From Alphaproteobacteria bacterium (GTDB taxonomy: Bacteria > Pseudomonadota > Alphaproteobacteria > CALKHQ01): a stretch of 64,000 bases of DNA. Shown here one piece after another: positions 1 through 9,770 of this stretch. The notes beneath the pieces are model-generated. The model made no database searches, had not been told where the DNA came from, and saw only the letters and a list, made by a program, of their open reading frames with translations. The translations under genes and the position numbers were made by a program. Within the stretch, counting starts at the first letter, position 1. Each line of letters opens with the position of its first letter. Location: assembly GCA_965227515.1 (NCBI GenBank), contig CBDDFZ010000001.1:3904001-3968000 (forward strand). Reading direction: 5' to 3'.

Positions 1-748
1 CCACCACCACCACGCCGCTCATGAAGATGCCGATGTCGAGCCCGATCATCGCGACGATGGGCAGGATCGCGTTCCTGAGCGCGTGCACGATCAGCACCCG
101 GCGCGGGCTCGCCCCCTTGGCGACCGCGGTGCGGATGTAGTCGCGGCGCAGCACGTCGACCATCGACGAGCGCATCATCCGCGCGTACCAGCCGCCGCCC
201 AGGATGCCGAGCGTCAGCGACGGCAGGATCATGCTCTCGAACGTGCCGTCGGCGCGCAGCGGCAACCAGCCAAGCGTCGCCGCGAAGACGAACAGCAGCA
301 GGATGCCGACCACGAACTGCGGCGCCGACACACCGACGAAGGCGCCGACCATGACGACGCGGTCCAGCGCACGCCCACGATGGGCGGCGGCCAGAACGCC
401 GGCCGGGATGCCAATCAGCAGTTCGCAGAAGATGCCGCCGGCCATCAGCAGCAGGGTCGCCGGCAGCCGGCTCATGATCAGCTCGGTGACCTCGGTGCGC
501 TGCAGGTACGACCGGCCGAGGTCGCCCTGCACCAGATTGCCGAGATAGATCAGGTACTGCTCGACCAGGCCGCGGTCGAGGCCGAGCTGGCGGCGGATAG
601 ACTCCACCGTGTCGGGCGGCGCGTTGCGGCCGGCGATCATCCGCGCCGGGTCGGCCGGGATCAGGTAGACCAGCAGGAATGTGATGATCGAGATGCCGAT
701 CAGGATCAGCACCGCCTGCCCCAATCGCCGCGCCAGGAAGCCACCCAT
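1..748 (-). CDS. Peptide/nickel ABC transporter permease (DppB/OppB-like), 3' end runs off the window
   Basis: Manual translation from ATG at 748: MGGFLARRLGQAVLILIGISIITFLLVYLIPADPARMIAG...GDLGRSY...RDYIRTAVAKGASPRRVLIVHALRNA. Start overlaps the upstream stop (TGATG). Confidence 0.9.
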   Translation of the reverse strand, partial: MGGFLARRLGQAVLILIGISIITFLLVYLIPADPARMIAGRNAPPDTVESIRRQLGLDRGLVEQYLIYLGNLVQGDLGRSYLQRTEVTELIMSRLPATLLLMAGGIFCELLIGIPAGVLAAAHRGRALDRVVMVGAFVGVSAPQFVVGILLLFVFAATLGWLPLRADGTFESMILPSLTLGILGGGWYARMMRSSMVDVLRRDYIRTAVAKGASPRRVLIVHALRNAILPIVAMIGLDIGIFMSGVVVV

Positions 749-1587
749 CAGCGCCGCCCCCGCTGGGTCGGGTCCAGTGCGTCGCGCAGCGCGTCGCCGA
801 CCAGGTTGAACGAGAGCGCCAGCAGCAGGATCGCCGCCCCCGGAATGAACACCAGCCACGGCGCGGAACTGAAGTAGGTCTGGTTCTCCTGGATGATGTT
901 GCCCCACGAGGGCAAGGGCGGCTGCACCCCGATGCCCAGAAACGACAGGGTCGCCTCCAGCAGCACCGTGGTGGCGATGCCCAGCGTCGCCCACACCAGC
1001 ATGGTCGGGATCAGGTGCGGGATGATGTGGATGGCGAGGATGCGCAGATTGCCCGCGCCGACCGCGCGCGCCGCCTCCACGTACTCGCGCTCGGCCAGGC
1101 TGGTGGTCTCGGTATAGACCACGCGCGCCACTTGCACCCAGTTTACCAGCGCGATCACCAGGGCGACGATCCACAGGCTGGGGCCGATGATCGCGGCCAG
1201 CGCGATCGCCAGCAGCAGGGCCGGGAACGCCATCATCAGGTCGGTGAACCGCATGATGGTGGCACCGGTGACGCCGCGCACGTAGCCGGCGAACGCGCCC
1301 AGAAGGGTGCCGATCAGCACCGCAGCGCCATTCGACACCACGCCGATGAGCAGGGAATAGCGCGCGCCGTACATCATCCGGCTGAGGAGGTCGCGGCCCA
1401 GGGTGTCGGTGCCGAACCAGAACGGCTCGCCCGGCGGCAGCGGCGCGCCCTCCAGGGTCAGGCCCTCGAACCGCTGGTCGTCGTACTCGAACGGCGAGAT
1501 CACGGGCGCCAGCAGGGCCACCGCGACGGTGATTACGATCACCGCGATGCCGAAGATGGCGGTTGGCGTCAGCAGGTGGCGGCGCAT
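748..1587 (-). CDS. Peptide/nickel ABC transporter permease (DppC/OppC-like)
   Basis: FGTDTLGRDLLSR, EYVEAARAVGA, EATLSFLGIG and PSWG motifs. Confidence 0.92.
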   Translation of the reverse strand: MRRHLLTPTAIFGIAVIVITVAVALLAPVISPFEYDDQRFEGLTLEGAPLPPGEPFWFGTDTLGRDLLSRMMYGARYSLLIGVVSNGAAVLIGTLLGAFAGYVRGVTGATIMRFTDLMMAFPALLLAIALAAIIGPSLWIVALVIALVNWVQVARVVYTETTSLAEREYVEAARAVGAGNLRILAIHIIPHLIPTMLVWATLGIATTVLLEATLSFLGIGVQPPLPSWGNIIQENQTYFSSAPWLVFIPGAAILLLALSFNLVGDALRDALDPTQRGRR

Positions 1588-1629
1588 GCTGACCGCCTGT
1601 TTATTCCGTCAGGCAAAATAAGCACTGCC

Positions 1630-1718
1630 GTCATGCCCGCACTTGTTGCGGGCATCCACGCCTTATTGGCCGCTAAGGCGGCCACCTCGTGGATCCTCGG
1701 GACAAGCCCGAGGATGAC
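1630..1718. repeat. REP-like palindromic element, family A (doublet)
   Basis: GTCATGCCCGCACTTGTTGCGGGCATCCAC ... GTGGATCCTCGGGACAAGCCCGAGGATGAC; arms recur elsewhere in the window. Confidence 0.85.
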
Positions 1719-1749
1719 GATTGTGTGCTTGATCAAAGACCGCGTTCGG

Positions 1750-2766
1750 TCATGCGAACTTCGGGATGATGTGCTCCCCGTATTCGGCGACCTGGCGCTC
1801 CTCCTCGCCGCACATCAGGTAGATGTTGAACTGGGTCACGCCGGCGGCCTCCAGGGCGCGCAGCTTCTCGATGTGGGCCTCCACCGGCCCCAGGATCGAG
1901 AATGACTCCACGATGTCGGGCGTGATGAAGTCCAGGTGGTCGGCGTCCTTGTCGGCGTGGTGGCGATAGTCGTAGCCCTTGCGCCGCTCGATATAGGCGG
2001 TGAAGTTGCCCGGCACCAGGTCGGTGTCCGACCCGTACTTCTCCACGATGTCGGCGACGTGGTTGCCCACCATGGCCGGGAACCAGCGGGTCTGCTCCAT
2101 GCCCTTCTCGACGTCGCCGACCCAGACCGGGGCGGCAGACATCACCTGATAGTTGGACATATCGCGTCCGGCCTCCTTGCCGGCGGCGACCGCCTGCTCG
2201 GTGAACCACTGGCAGAGCGAGGGGTCGCCGATCTGCAGGATCAGGCCGTCGCCCGCCGTGCCCGCCGCCGCCAGCGCCTTCGGGCCGTAGGCCGCGATCC
2301 ACACCGGCAGGTCGTAGCCGTTGGACCAGGTGAAATCGACCGGGTTCGGGCTCTCGCCATAGGTCACGCTCTCGCCGCGCACCATAGCCTTCAGCTTCTC
2401 GGTGAACTCCACCATCCGCGCCACGGTGGCCGGCTTGTGGCCCATCACCCGGCGCGAGCTGTCGCCACGGCCGAGCCCGACATCGACGCGGTTGCCGGAC
2501 TGGAGCGCCAGGGTCAGGAAGATCGACGCCGCCTCGGACCAGTCGCGCACGGCCGGGTTGGTGACGCACGGGCCGAAGCGCATGTGCTGCGTGTGCTCCA
2601 TGCACATCGCCATGGTCACGAAGCACTGCCGCCACAGGATGTGGGAATCGTAGAACCAGGCGTATTTGAAGCCGGCGATCTCCGCCTGCCGGCACAGCGC
2701 CACCGTGCGCTGCGGAGAAATATCGCCCTTGAAACAGATGCCGAAATCCATGTCGGTTACTCCCAC
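1750..2766 (-). CDS. LLM-class (luciferase-like) F420-dependent oxidoreductase, resembling the TIGR03842/CPS_4043 family; start may be the ATG of MDFGI
   Basis: WFYDSHILW, GPCVTNPAVRD, GLGRGDS and AAYGPKAL motifs; lies in the F420 operon. Confidence 0.82.
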   Translation of the reverse strand: MGVTDMDFGICFKGDISPQRTVALCRQAEIAGFKYAWFYDSHILWRQCFVTMAMCMEHTQHMRFGPCVTNPAVRDWSEAASIFLTLALQSGNRVDVGLGRGDSSRRVMGHKPATVARMVEFTEKLKAMVRGESVTYGESPNPVDFTWSNGYDLPVWIAAYGPKALAAAGTAGDGLILQIGDPSLCQWFTEQAVAAGKEAGRDMSNYQVMSAAPVWVGDVEKGMEQTRWFPAMVGNHVADIVEKYGSDTDLVPGNFTAYIERRKGYDYRHHADKDADHLDFITPDIVESFSILGPVEAHIEKLRALEAAGVTQFNIYLMCGEEERQVAEYGEHIIPKFA

Positions 2767-2796
2767 ATTCTTCGTGTCATTTGCGGACCGCGGCGG

Positions 2797-3456
2797 CTAT
2801 TCCGCGATCCGGACGCCGGCATGCTTGAACGGCGTCGTCTTTGAGATGTTGAGGCGGATCAGGATGGGTGTCAGCGCCTCGATGCAGCGGGCGTTCACCG
2901 CCGGCCCGCAATTGTAGACCGGCGTCTGGAGCGCGCCCAACAGGTCGATGACCTCGCGCTTGGCGTCCATGCTGTCGCCGGCGATCAGGATGTCGCAATT
3001 GACCGGGTGGTCCAGGTCGTTCAGCACGTGCGCCGAGACGTTGTGCAGCGCGCCGACCACGGGCACATCCGCGCCCACCAGCGCCTGCGCCCGCTCGGTC
3101 GCGGAGCCTTCCGCCGGCATGTCGACCGCCTTCGGGTCGCCCTGTTTCAGCGGCACCACGATGTCGATCAGGATCTTGCCGGCAAGAACCGCGCGCACCT
3201 CCTCGATGGCGGCGTCGTGGCCGGCATAGGGGACCGCCAGGATGACGAAACGCTCGGCAACCATGGCGGCGTCCAGATTGCTGGCGCCGTCGATGGCAGC
3301 AGCCCCCGCGCCCGCTGTCGCGGACAGTTCCGCCGCCACCTCCGCCGCCCGTGCGGCATCGCGCGAGCCGATGATGACCGGCACCCCACCGCGCGCCAGA
3401 CGCAGCGCGGTGCCCCGCCCCTGCGGCCCGGTGCCGCCGATGATCGCAACGCTCAC
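2797..3456 (-). CDS. npdG: NADPH-dependent F420 reductase
   Basis: [11 protein letters not shown] Rossmann motif, [16 protein letters not shown]-terminal AGVRI; context. Confidence 0.9.
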   Translation of the reverse strand: MSVAIIGGTGPQGRGTALRLARGGVPVIIGSRDAARAAEVAAELSATAGAGAAAIDGASNLDAAMVAERFVILAVPYAGHDAAIEEVRAVLAGKILIDIVVPLKQGDPKAVDMPAEGSATERAQALVGADVPVVGALHNVSAHVLNDLDHPVNCDILIAGDSMDAKREVIDLLGALQTPVYNCGPAVNARCIEALTPILIRLNISKTTPFKHAGVRIAE

Positions 3457-3466
3457 AGAAAAACAC

Positions 3467-4252
3467 TCATAAGAACAAATCCTCCGCCGCCGGCCGCAGC
3501 AGGGCTGCCGCCGTGTCCGTGCTTTCGATCCAGTCGAGCCCGCGCACGATGGTCACGGGCGTCATGTCCGTCTTGCCGCTTGCCAGGCCGCTCGCCGCCG
3601 CCACCTCGTCGGCGAAGGCCGGCATGCTGGCGTGCATGGGCCGGCCATAGGCGTCGTTCTGGCCGCGCAGGTCGATGCGGGCCGGCACACCGGCGATGCC
3701 GATGGCGACATTCACCAGCCCGACCCTCCAGGCCCGCCCGAACGTGTCGGTGATGACCACGCCGACGCGGGCGTCGAAATGCGCTTCCAGATGGGCGCGC
3801 AACCCACGCGCGCTGGCGTCGGGGTCCTCGGGAAGCAGCACGATACTGTCGCCAGCATCAGTCCCTGGGCCGACATTGGACTCATCGACGCCGGCATTCG
3901 CGCTAACGAAGCCAAGCCTGTGGCGGGTGATCAGCACACCGGTGCCAGCACCCGGGTGATACGCGGTGCGCAGCACGTCCGCGCTCTCGCGCAGGATGAT
4001 CTCGACCTTGCGCGGGTCCTTGCCGACCTCGCCGGCCAGGCGGTCGGCGCGGGCGCCCGGCGCCACATCGGCCAGCGCGACGATGCGTCCCTCGGCCTTG
4101 GAGACCACCTTGTGGGCGACCACGACGATATCGCCGTCGACGAGCACGATCCCGGCCCGGTCCAGCGCACCGGCAATCAGTGCCGCCAGATCGTCGCCGG
4201 GGCGAATGTCCGGCAGGCCGGGCACGGCCTCGATGGACACAGGCCCGGTCAT
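3467..4252 (-). CDS. cofE: Coenzyme F420-0:L-glutamate ligase (no fused nitroreductase domain)
   Basis: [39 protein letters not shown]; ATG at 4252 overlaps the cofC stop. Confidence 0.92.
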   Translation of the reverse strand: MTGPVSIEAVPGLPDIRPGDDLAALIAGALDRAGIVLVDGDIVVVAHKVVSKAEGRIVALADVAPGARADRLAGEVGKDPRKVEIILRESADVLRTAYHPGAGTGVLITRHRLGFVSANAGVDESNVGPGTDAGDSIVLLPEDPDASARGLRAHLEAHFDARVGVVITDTFGRAWRVGLVNVAIGIAGVPARIDLRGQNDAYGRPMHASMPAFADEVAAASGLASGKTDMTPVTIVRGLDWIESTDTAAALLRPAAEDLFL

Positions 4253-4923
4253 GCCGACTGCCAAGCCGAATGTTCCGCGTCCGACAGCCAGTCGCGCACC
4301 CGAACCGCCAATGGCGATGTTGGGTTCGCGGCCAGGAAAGCATCCAGGTCCTCGGGCGTGTCGATATCGAGCCGGAAGCTCGCCAGCCGCAGCACGGTCA
4401 CCGGCACGCCCAGGGTCGCCGCGCGCGCGCGGTAGCCGGCGAACGACTTGTCGCCGAAGCGGAACGGCACGGCACCCGGCGGGGTCGAGAGCACCGCGTT
4501 GGTGCCGTCGTCGCCGGTGGCCGGACACAGGATCAGAGACGGCGACGGCCGCGGCTGCGCCAGCAGGGTCGCGAACTCGTGCCCGTCGATGGCGGCCATG
4601 TCGGCGGGGATGACGAGTTGCGAGGTGTAGCCATGGGCAACGCTCCAACTGGTGGCGCGCTCCACCGCCAGGGTCTCGCCGCCGCCCTCGCCCTCGTGCA
4701 GCACGGTGCAGCCGAAGCCGGACGCGAGTGCGTCGAAACGGGTGCAATCGGTCACCAGCAGCACATGGGTGCCGGCGGCATGGTCGCGCACGAAGGCGAG
4801 CGTCTGTTCCAGCAGCGCACAGGCAAGCTCGGTCCGCCGCGCTTGCGGCAGTGCCGCGCCCAGCCGCTGCTTGGCACCGGCGGGGTCCTTGATCGGGATC
4901 ACGATGTTGAGGCCGGTAGTCAT
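4249..4923 (-). CDS. cofC: Phospholactate/PEP guanylyltransferase (CofC/FbiD)
   Basis: VIPIKDPAGAKQRL, IPAD, GTNA, FRFG and DIDTPEDL motifs. Confidence 0.9.
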   Translation of the reverse strand: MTTGLNIVIPIKDPAGAKQRLGAALPQARRTELACALLEQTLAFVRDHAAGTHVLLVTDCTRFDALASGFGCTVLHEGEGGGETLAVERATSWSVAHGYTSQLVIPADMAAIDGHEFATLLAQPRPSPSLILCPATGDDGTNAVLSTPPGAVPFRFGDKSFAGYRARAATLGVPVTVLRLASFRLDIDTPEDLDAFLAANPTSPLAVRVRDWLSDAEHSAWQSA

Positions 4924-6035
4924 GAAACAACGTCGCCCTCGCCCTTGTGGCTAGGGCCCATGGTCGTGACAGGCTCGGTCCGTCGACAAGTGGCCTCAAT
5001 GGCAGCTATGCGCTCAAGCCCTGCCCCGGAAGCTGATGATTCCACGTGCTGTACCGAACCACGGCCCACAAATGGGTCCTCGCCACAAGGGCGAGGACGA
5101 CAAATCTTCTTGTTCACCCAGCCCCAAATTTCATTGGCCAGCCGCGCCCGTGCGGCACGGTCCGGCATCAGGGTGTCCATCACCACCACATCGAGCCCGA
5201 GCGCCGCGATCTCGCTGGCGCGCTGGCGGTCCTGGCCGTCAATGACCATGGCGTCGATTAGCCCGTCGTAGAACCGCGCGACGCCAACCGCATCGCTGCC
5301 ATGGCCGGCGGCCCGCATCATCCGGTCGGACGGCCCCTTCAGCGATTGCCCGCCAACCAGCGGCGACACGGCGAAGCGAATCGCCTTCGACGCCTGTAGC
5401 GCCTCGCGGATGCCGGGCACGTCGATGATAGGTGCGATGCTGGCGATGGGGTTGGACGGCGCGATGCAGATGACGTCCGCCGCCGCGATGGCGTCCAGCG
5501 CCTCCGGCGTCGGCCGCGCCGCTTGCTGCCCCTCGACCCAGACGCGGCGGATCGCCGGCCCGCACTTCTCGCGCACGAAGAACTGCTGGAAGTCGAGCAC
5601 GCCGTCCGGCGTCTCGATCATCGTTGCCAGTGTATCGTCGGTGGGGAGCAGGATGCGCGCCTCTGCACCCAGCCGCGCCGCGATCTCCGCCGCGATCTCG
5701 GTCGGCCGCGCGCCCTGGTGGCGCCGCATGGTGCGGTGAATGTGGGTGGCGAAGTCGCGGTCGCCCAAATTCATCCAGGTCGGGCCGCCGAGAACGCCCA
5801 GCCGCTCCATCGTATCGAAGGTGTCGTCGCGATAGCCCCAGCCGCGCTCGTGATCCACCACGTCGGCAAGCGTGTAGGTGATGGTGTCGATATCGGGCGA
5901 GATCCACAGGCCATGCAGTTCGGTGTCGTCGGCCACGTTGCCGATCACCGTCAGCGCCGGCTGGCCCAGCACCTGGGCGAAGCCGTCGACCATCTTGGCG
6001 CCGCCGACCCCGCCGGCAAGGATCACGATGCTCAT
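4920..6035 (-). CDS. cofD: 2-phospho-L-lactate transferase with a repeat-derived C-terminal extension
   Basis: LAGGVGGAK, NVADD, GLWISPDIDT, LGDRD, FQQFFV and PSNP motifs. Confidence 0.92.
   Translation of the reverse strand: MSIVILAGGVGGAKMVDGFAQVLGQPALTVIGNVADDTELHGLWISPDIDTITYTLADVVDHERGWGYRDDTFDTMERLGVLGGPTWMNLGDRDFATHIHRTMRRHQGARPTEIAAEIAARLGAEARILLPTDDTLATMIETPDGVLDFQQFFVREKCGPAIRRVWVEGQQAARPTPEALDAIAAADVICIAPSNPIASIAPIIDVPGIREALQASKAIRFAVSPLVGGQSLKGPSDRMMRAAGHGSDAVGVARFYDGLIDAMVIDGQDRQRASEIAALGLDVVVMDTLMPDRAARARLANEIWGWVNKKICRPRPCGEDPFVGRGSVQHVESSASGAGLERIAAIEATCRRTEPVTTMGPSHKGEGDVVS
4932..5101. repeat. MITE/REP-like element, family B, inside the cofD 3' end
   Basis: GTCGCCCTCGCCCTTGTGGCTAGGGCCCAT ... 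ATGGGTCCTCGCCACAAGGGCGAGGACGAC; the same termini occur at 35909, 37306 and 61318. Confidence 0.85.
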
Positions 6036-7270
6036 GCGACTGCCACTTCTTCCGCGCGCGGCACCAGCGGCGCCATCGGCAGCGGCATATGGTCGTCATA
6101 GACCTCAAGCGTGCGGTAGAGCGTGGAGCGGCGCACCGCGCGGCGGCCGGCGCCACGGATCAGCGCCACCATCTCCGCCGGCGTCACCTCCTGGCCGTGG
6201 ACCGCGCCCGCGGCCCGCGAGATGCTCTCGTTCATCAAGGTTCCGCCCAGGTCGTTGGCGCCGCAGGTCAGCATGGTCTGTGCAAGCGCCGGGCCGAGCT
6301 TCACCCACGAGCACTGGATGTTGTCGATGCTGCCGGCGAGCATCAGGCGCGCCACGGCGTGCAGCCGCAGGTGCTCGTCCACCGTCGGGCCGGGACGCAC
6401 GTCGGAGCGTTCGTTGAACAGCGGGGAGTCGGTGTGGATGAAGCCCAGCGGCACGAACTCGGTGAAGCCCCCGGTTTCGCGCTGGATGTCGCGGATCAGC
6501 GCGATGTGCGCCGCCCAGTGCCGGGGCCCGTCGATGTGGCCATACATGATAGTGGCGGTGCTGGGCAGGCCAACCTCATGCGCCGCCCGGATGATGCGCA
6601 CCCAATCCTCGGTGGAGAGCTTGTTGCGGGTGAGCTGCTGGCGCACCTCTGTGTCCAGGATTTCCGCCGCCGTGCCGGGCACCGAGCCCAGGCCGGCATC
6701 GCGCAGGTCGGCCAGGAAGTCGGACACGTCGAGGCCGGTTTTCTTGGAGCCGTACCAGATCTCGAACGGCGAGAACGCGTGCACGTGCATTTCGGGCACC
6801 GCCGCGCGCACGGCCCCCACGATATCGCGATAGGTGCTGCCGGGCAGCTTGGGGTGAAGTCCGCCCTGGATACAGACCTCGCTCGCGCCCCGGCCATGGG
6901 CCTCGCGCGCCCGGCGGGCGATTTCGTCCAGGCCCAGCCATTCGGCATCCGCCGCGTCGTGGCGCTTGGCGAAATTGCAGAAGCGGCAGCCCATGTGGCA
7001 GACGTTGGTGAAGTTGATGTTGCGGTTGACCACGAACGCGACGTCGTCGCCGACGCGTTGCCGGCGCACGGCATCCGCCACCGCCAGCAGGGCCGGCAGG
7101 TCTTCCGGCGGCGCGGAGAACAGCGCTACCGCCTCCGTTTCGCTGACCGGCGTGCCCGCCAGCGCGTTGCCCAGAATGCGCGCGGTTCCAGGTGTGGCGC
7201 GCGCGACCAAAATCTCCGCATCGCGCCAGCGGTCCGGCACCGGTTCGTGAACCATCGCCTTGGGCATCAT
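6032..7270 (-). CDS. cofH: FO synthase subunit 2 (radical SAM)
   Basis: NRNINFTNVCHMGCRFCNF, EVCIQGGLHP, PGTAAEIL, GANDLGGTLMNESISRAAGA; ATGA overlaps on both sides. Confidence 0.92.
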   Translation of the reverse strand: MMPKAMVHEPVPDRWRDAEILVARATPGTARILGNALAGTPVSETEAVALFSAPPEDLPALLAVADAVRRQRVGDDVAFVVNRNINFTNVCHMGCRFCNFAKRHDAADAEWLGLDEIARRAREAHGRGASEVCIQGGLHPKLPGSTYRDIVGAVRAAVPEMHVHAFSPFEIWYGSKKTGLDVSDFLADLRDAGLGSVPGTAAEILDTEVRQQLTRNKLSTEDWVRIIRAAHEVGLPSTATIMYGHIDGPRHWAAHIALIRDIQRETGGFTEFVPLGFIHTDSPLFNERSDVRPGPTVDEHLRLHAVARLMLAGSIDNIQCSWVKLGPALAQTMLTCGANDLGGTLMNESISRAAGAVHGQEVTPAEMVALIRGAGRRAVRRSTLYRTLEVYDDHMPLPMAPLVPRAEEVAVA

Positions 7271-8415
7271 GCCGCTTCCAATGCCGCCGTCCCGGCCAGT
7301 CGCGCCAGAGCGGACCGCATGGCCGGGTCCAGATAGCGCTCGGCATCCGCCAGATAGCGCGGATACACGGTCAGCCGCTCGGCCAGGTCGTACCCGCGCC
7401 CTTCGGTTACCGCGCGCAGGCGGTCGATGGCCGGCCATGCGCGCTCGGGGTTGATGTGGTCCGGCGTCACCGGCGATACGCCGCCCCAATCGTTGATGCC
7501 GGCATCGATCAGGCCGCCGAACTCCTCCGACAGGTTGGGCGGGGCCTGGATGGAAATCTCCGGGTCGAGCACCAGCCGCGCCGCCGCGACCGTGCGCAGC
7601 ATGTCGCCCATGCTCGGCTCGGGGTGGTCGGCCATCGCCGTGCCCGGTTTGGCGCGGAAGTTCTGGACGATCACCTCCTGGATGTGGCCATGGCGCGCAT
7701 GCGCCTCGCCAATGGCGCGCAGGGTCGCCATCCGCTCCGCCCAGGTCTCGCCGATGCCGATCAGGATGCCGGTGGTGAAGGGAACGTGCGCCTGCCCTGC
7801 CCGCTCCAGCGTGCGCAGCCGCTGCACCGGCACCTTGTCCGGGCAGGCATGGTGCGCCATGCCCGGCTCGAGCAGCCGGCGGGAGGTGCTTTCCAGCATC
7901 ATCCCCATGCTGCCGCTGACGGCGCGCAAGGCGGCGATCTCGTCGTCGTCCAGGGTGCCGGCGTTGACGTGCGGGATCAGCCCGGTTTCACGCAGCACCA
8001 GCTTGCACATCTCGACCAGATATCCGGTCATCGAGGCGTGGCCGAGCAGGTCGAGGGCGGCGCGCGCCTGGGGGTATTTGCGCTCCGGCTTCTCGCCCAG
8101 GCTGAACAGCGCCTCCTTGCAGCCGGCCCGGCGCCCCTCCTCCGCCACCGCAAGCACCTGCTCCGGCATCATGATGTTGGCGCCCGGCGTGCCTGGCTGC
8201 TTGACGAACGCGCAATAACCGCAGGTGTCGCGGCACATGGTGGTCAGCGGAATGAAAACCTTGCGCGAGTAGGTGATCGTGCAGCCCCAGGCATCGTCGC
8301 GCACCGCCGCCGCCTCGGCACACAATGCCGTCAGGTCGGCTCGTTCGAGCATGTCATCGGAATACGCTTCACCCCTCATCGCCCGAGCATACGACCAGCC
8401 GAATCTCAACCACAA
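7267..8415 (-). CDS. cofG: FO synthase subunit 1 (radical SAM); true start probably slightly downstream of the ORF start
   Basis: TYSRKVFIPLTTMCRDTCGYC, EALFSLGEKPE, IQAPPNL, DWGGVSPVTPDHINPE. Confidence 0.92.
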   Translation of the reverse strand: MWLRFGWSYARAMRGEAYSDDMLERADLTALCAEAAAVRDDAWGCTITYSRKVFIPLTTMCRDTCGYCAFVKQPGTPGANIMMPEQVLAVAEEGRRAGCKEALFSLGEKPERKYPQARAALDLLGHASMTGYLVEMCKLVLRETGLIPHVNAGTLDDDEIAALRAVSGSMGMMLESTSRRLLEPGMAHHACPDKVPVQRLRTLERAGQAHVPFTTGILIGIGETWAERMATLRAIGEAHARHGHIQEVIVQNFRAKPGTAMADHPEPSMGDMLRTVAAARLVLDPEISIQAPPNLSEEFGGLIDAGINDWGGVSPVTPDHINPERAWPAIDRLRAVTEGRGYDLAERLTVYPRYLADAERYLDPAMRSALARLAGTAALEAA

Positions 8416-8436
8416 CAGGGAATTGGCGTGTTTAGC

Positions 8437-9576
8437 TCATTCCGCCAACAGCTTGCGCGCGACAATCACGCGCATGATCTCGTTGGTGCCCTCCAGGATC
8501 TGGTGCACCCTAAGGTCGCGCACATAGCGCTCGATCGGGAACTCCTTCAGGTAGCCATAGCCGCCGTGGAGCTGAAGCGCTTGGTTGCAGATGTCGAACC
8601 CTGCATCGGTGGCGTGGCGCTTGGCCATCGCGCACAGCATGGTCTTGTCGGGATGGTCTGTGTCCAGGGCCACGGCGGCGCGGTAGACCATCAGCCGCGC
8701 GGCGGCCAGCTCGGTCGCCATGTCGGCGAGCCGGAACTGCAGCGCCTGGAAGTCGGCAAGCGGGCGGCCGAACTGCTTGCGGGTGCCCAAATAGTCGCGG
8801 GCCATGTCGAGGCAGGCCTGGGCGCCGCCCAGCGAGCACGCGCCGATGTTGACCCGGCCGCCGTCGAGCCCGGCCATGGCGTATTTGAAGCCCTCGCCCT
8901 CCGGCCCGATGCGGTTCGCGACCGGAACCTGGCAATCCTCGAACACGACCGCCGCCGTCGGCTGGCTATTCCAGCCGAGCTTCTTCTCTTGCTTGCCGAA
9001 CGATAGCCCCGGCGTGCCGCCCTCCACCACCAGCGCGCTGATCCCGCCGGGCCCATCGTCGCCGGTGCGCACCATCACCATGTAGAGGCCCGACGCCCCG
9101 CCGCCCGAAATGAACGCCTTGCTGCCGTTGACGACGTAGTGGTCGCCGTCGCGCACGGCCCGTGTCGTGAGTGCCGCGGCATCGGACCCCGACCCGGGCT
9201 CGGTCAGGCAATAGCTGGCGAAGCGCTCCATGGTCATCAGGCCGGGCAGCAGCCGGGCGCGCTGGTCGTCGTCGCCGAAGCTGTCGATCATCCAGCCGAC
9301 CATGTTGTGAATGGAGATGAAGGCAGCGGTCGACGGGCAGGCCGCCGCGAGCTGCTCGAAGATCAGCGCCGCCTCGATCCGCCCCAGGCCGCTACCGCCA
9401 TGCTGTTCGACGACGTAGATACCGGCCATGCCCAGGCCGGCGGCCTGTCGCAGCGTGTCCTCAGGGAAGATGCACTCGGCGTCCCACCGGGCCGCGTGCG
9501 GCGCCATCTCGGCAGCGGCGAAATCGCGCGCCATGTCGGCAATGGCGTGCTGGTCCGGGCTGAGGTCGAAGTCCAT
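8437..9576 (-). CDS. Acyl-CoA dehydrogenase (isobutyryl-CoA dehydrogenase-like)
   Basis: [44 protein letters not shown]. Confidence 0.9.
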   Translation of the reverse strand: MDFDLSPDQHAIADMARDFAAAEMAPHAARWDAECIFPEDTLRQAAGLGMAGIYVVEQHGGSGLGRIEAALIFEQLAAACPSTAAFISIHNMVGWMIDSFGDDDQRARLLPGLMTMERFASYCLTEPGSGSDAAALTTRAVRDGDHYVVNGSKAFISGGGASGLYMVMVRTGDDGPGGISALVVEGGTPGLSFGKQEKKLGWNSQPTAAVVFEDCQVPVANRIGPEGEGFKYAMAGLDGGRVNIGACSLGGAQACLDMARDYLGTRKQFGRPLADFQALQFRLADMATELAAARLMVYRAAVALDTDHPDKTMLCAMAKRHATDAGFDICNQALQLHGGYGYLKEFPIERYVRDLRVHQILEGTNEIMRVIVARKLLAE

Positions 9577-9720
9577 GGCGGGGATTATGGCATTGCCGCG
9601 CGGCCAAGTCAGTGGTCGGCAGGGCGTCGGTCTGCCAACCTCTCCAGTCAGGCCCGGGCCGGCCCACTACCAGGGGCCGAGTCCCGGGTATCCACGTCTT
9701 GGCAACGGCTGACGCAAGTC

Positions 9721-9750
9721 GTGGATGCGCGGATCAAGTCCGCGCATGAC
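9721..9750. repeat. REP-like family A single arm
   Basis: GTGGATGCGCGGATCAAGTCCGCGCATGAC, identical to the arm at 16578-16607. Confidence 0.75.
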
Positions 9751-9770
9751 GGTCTGAATAGATCAGCCCG

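Noticed and set aside
3467-4999. 510 aa ORF suggesting an N-terminally extended CofE
   Set aside because: The extension overlaps cofC in another frame; the ATGA-coupled start at 4252 fits better
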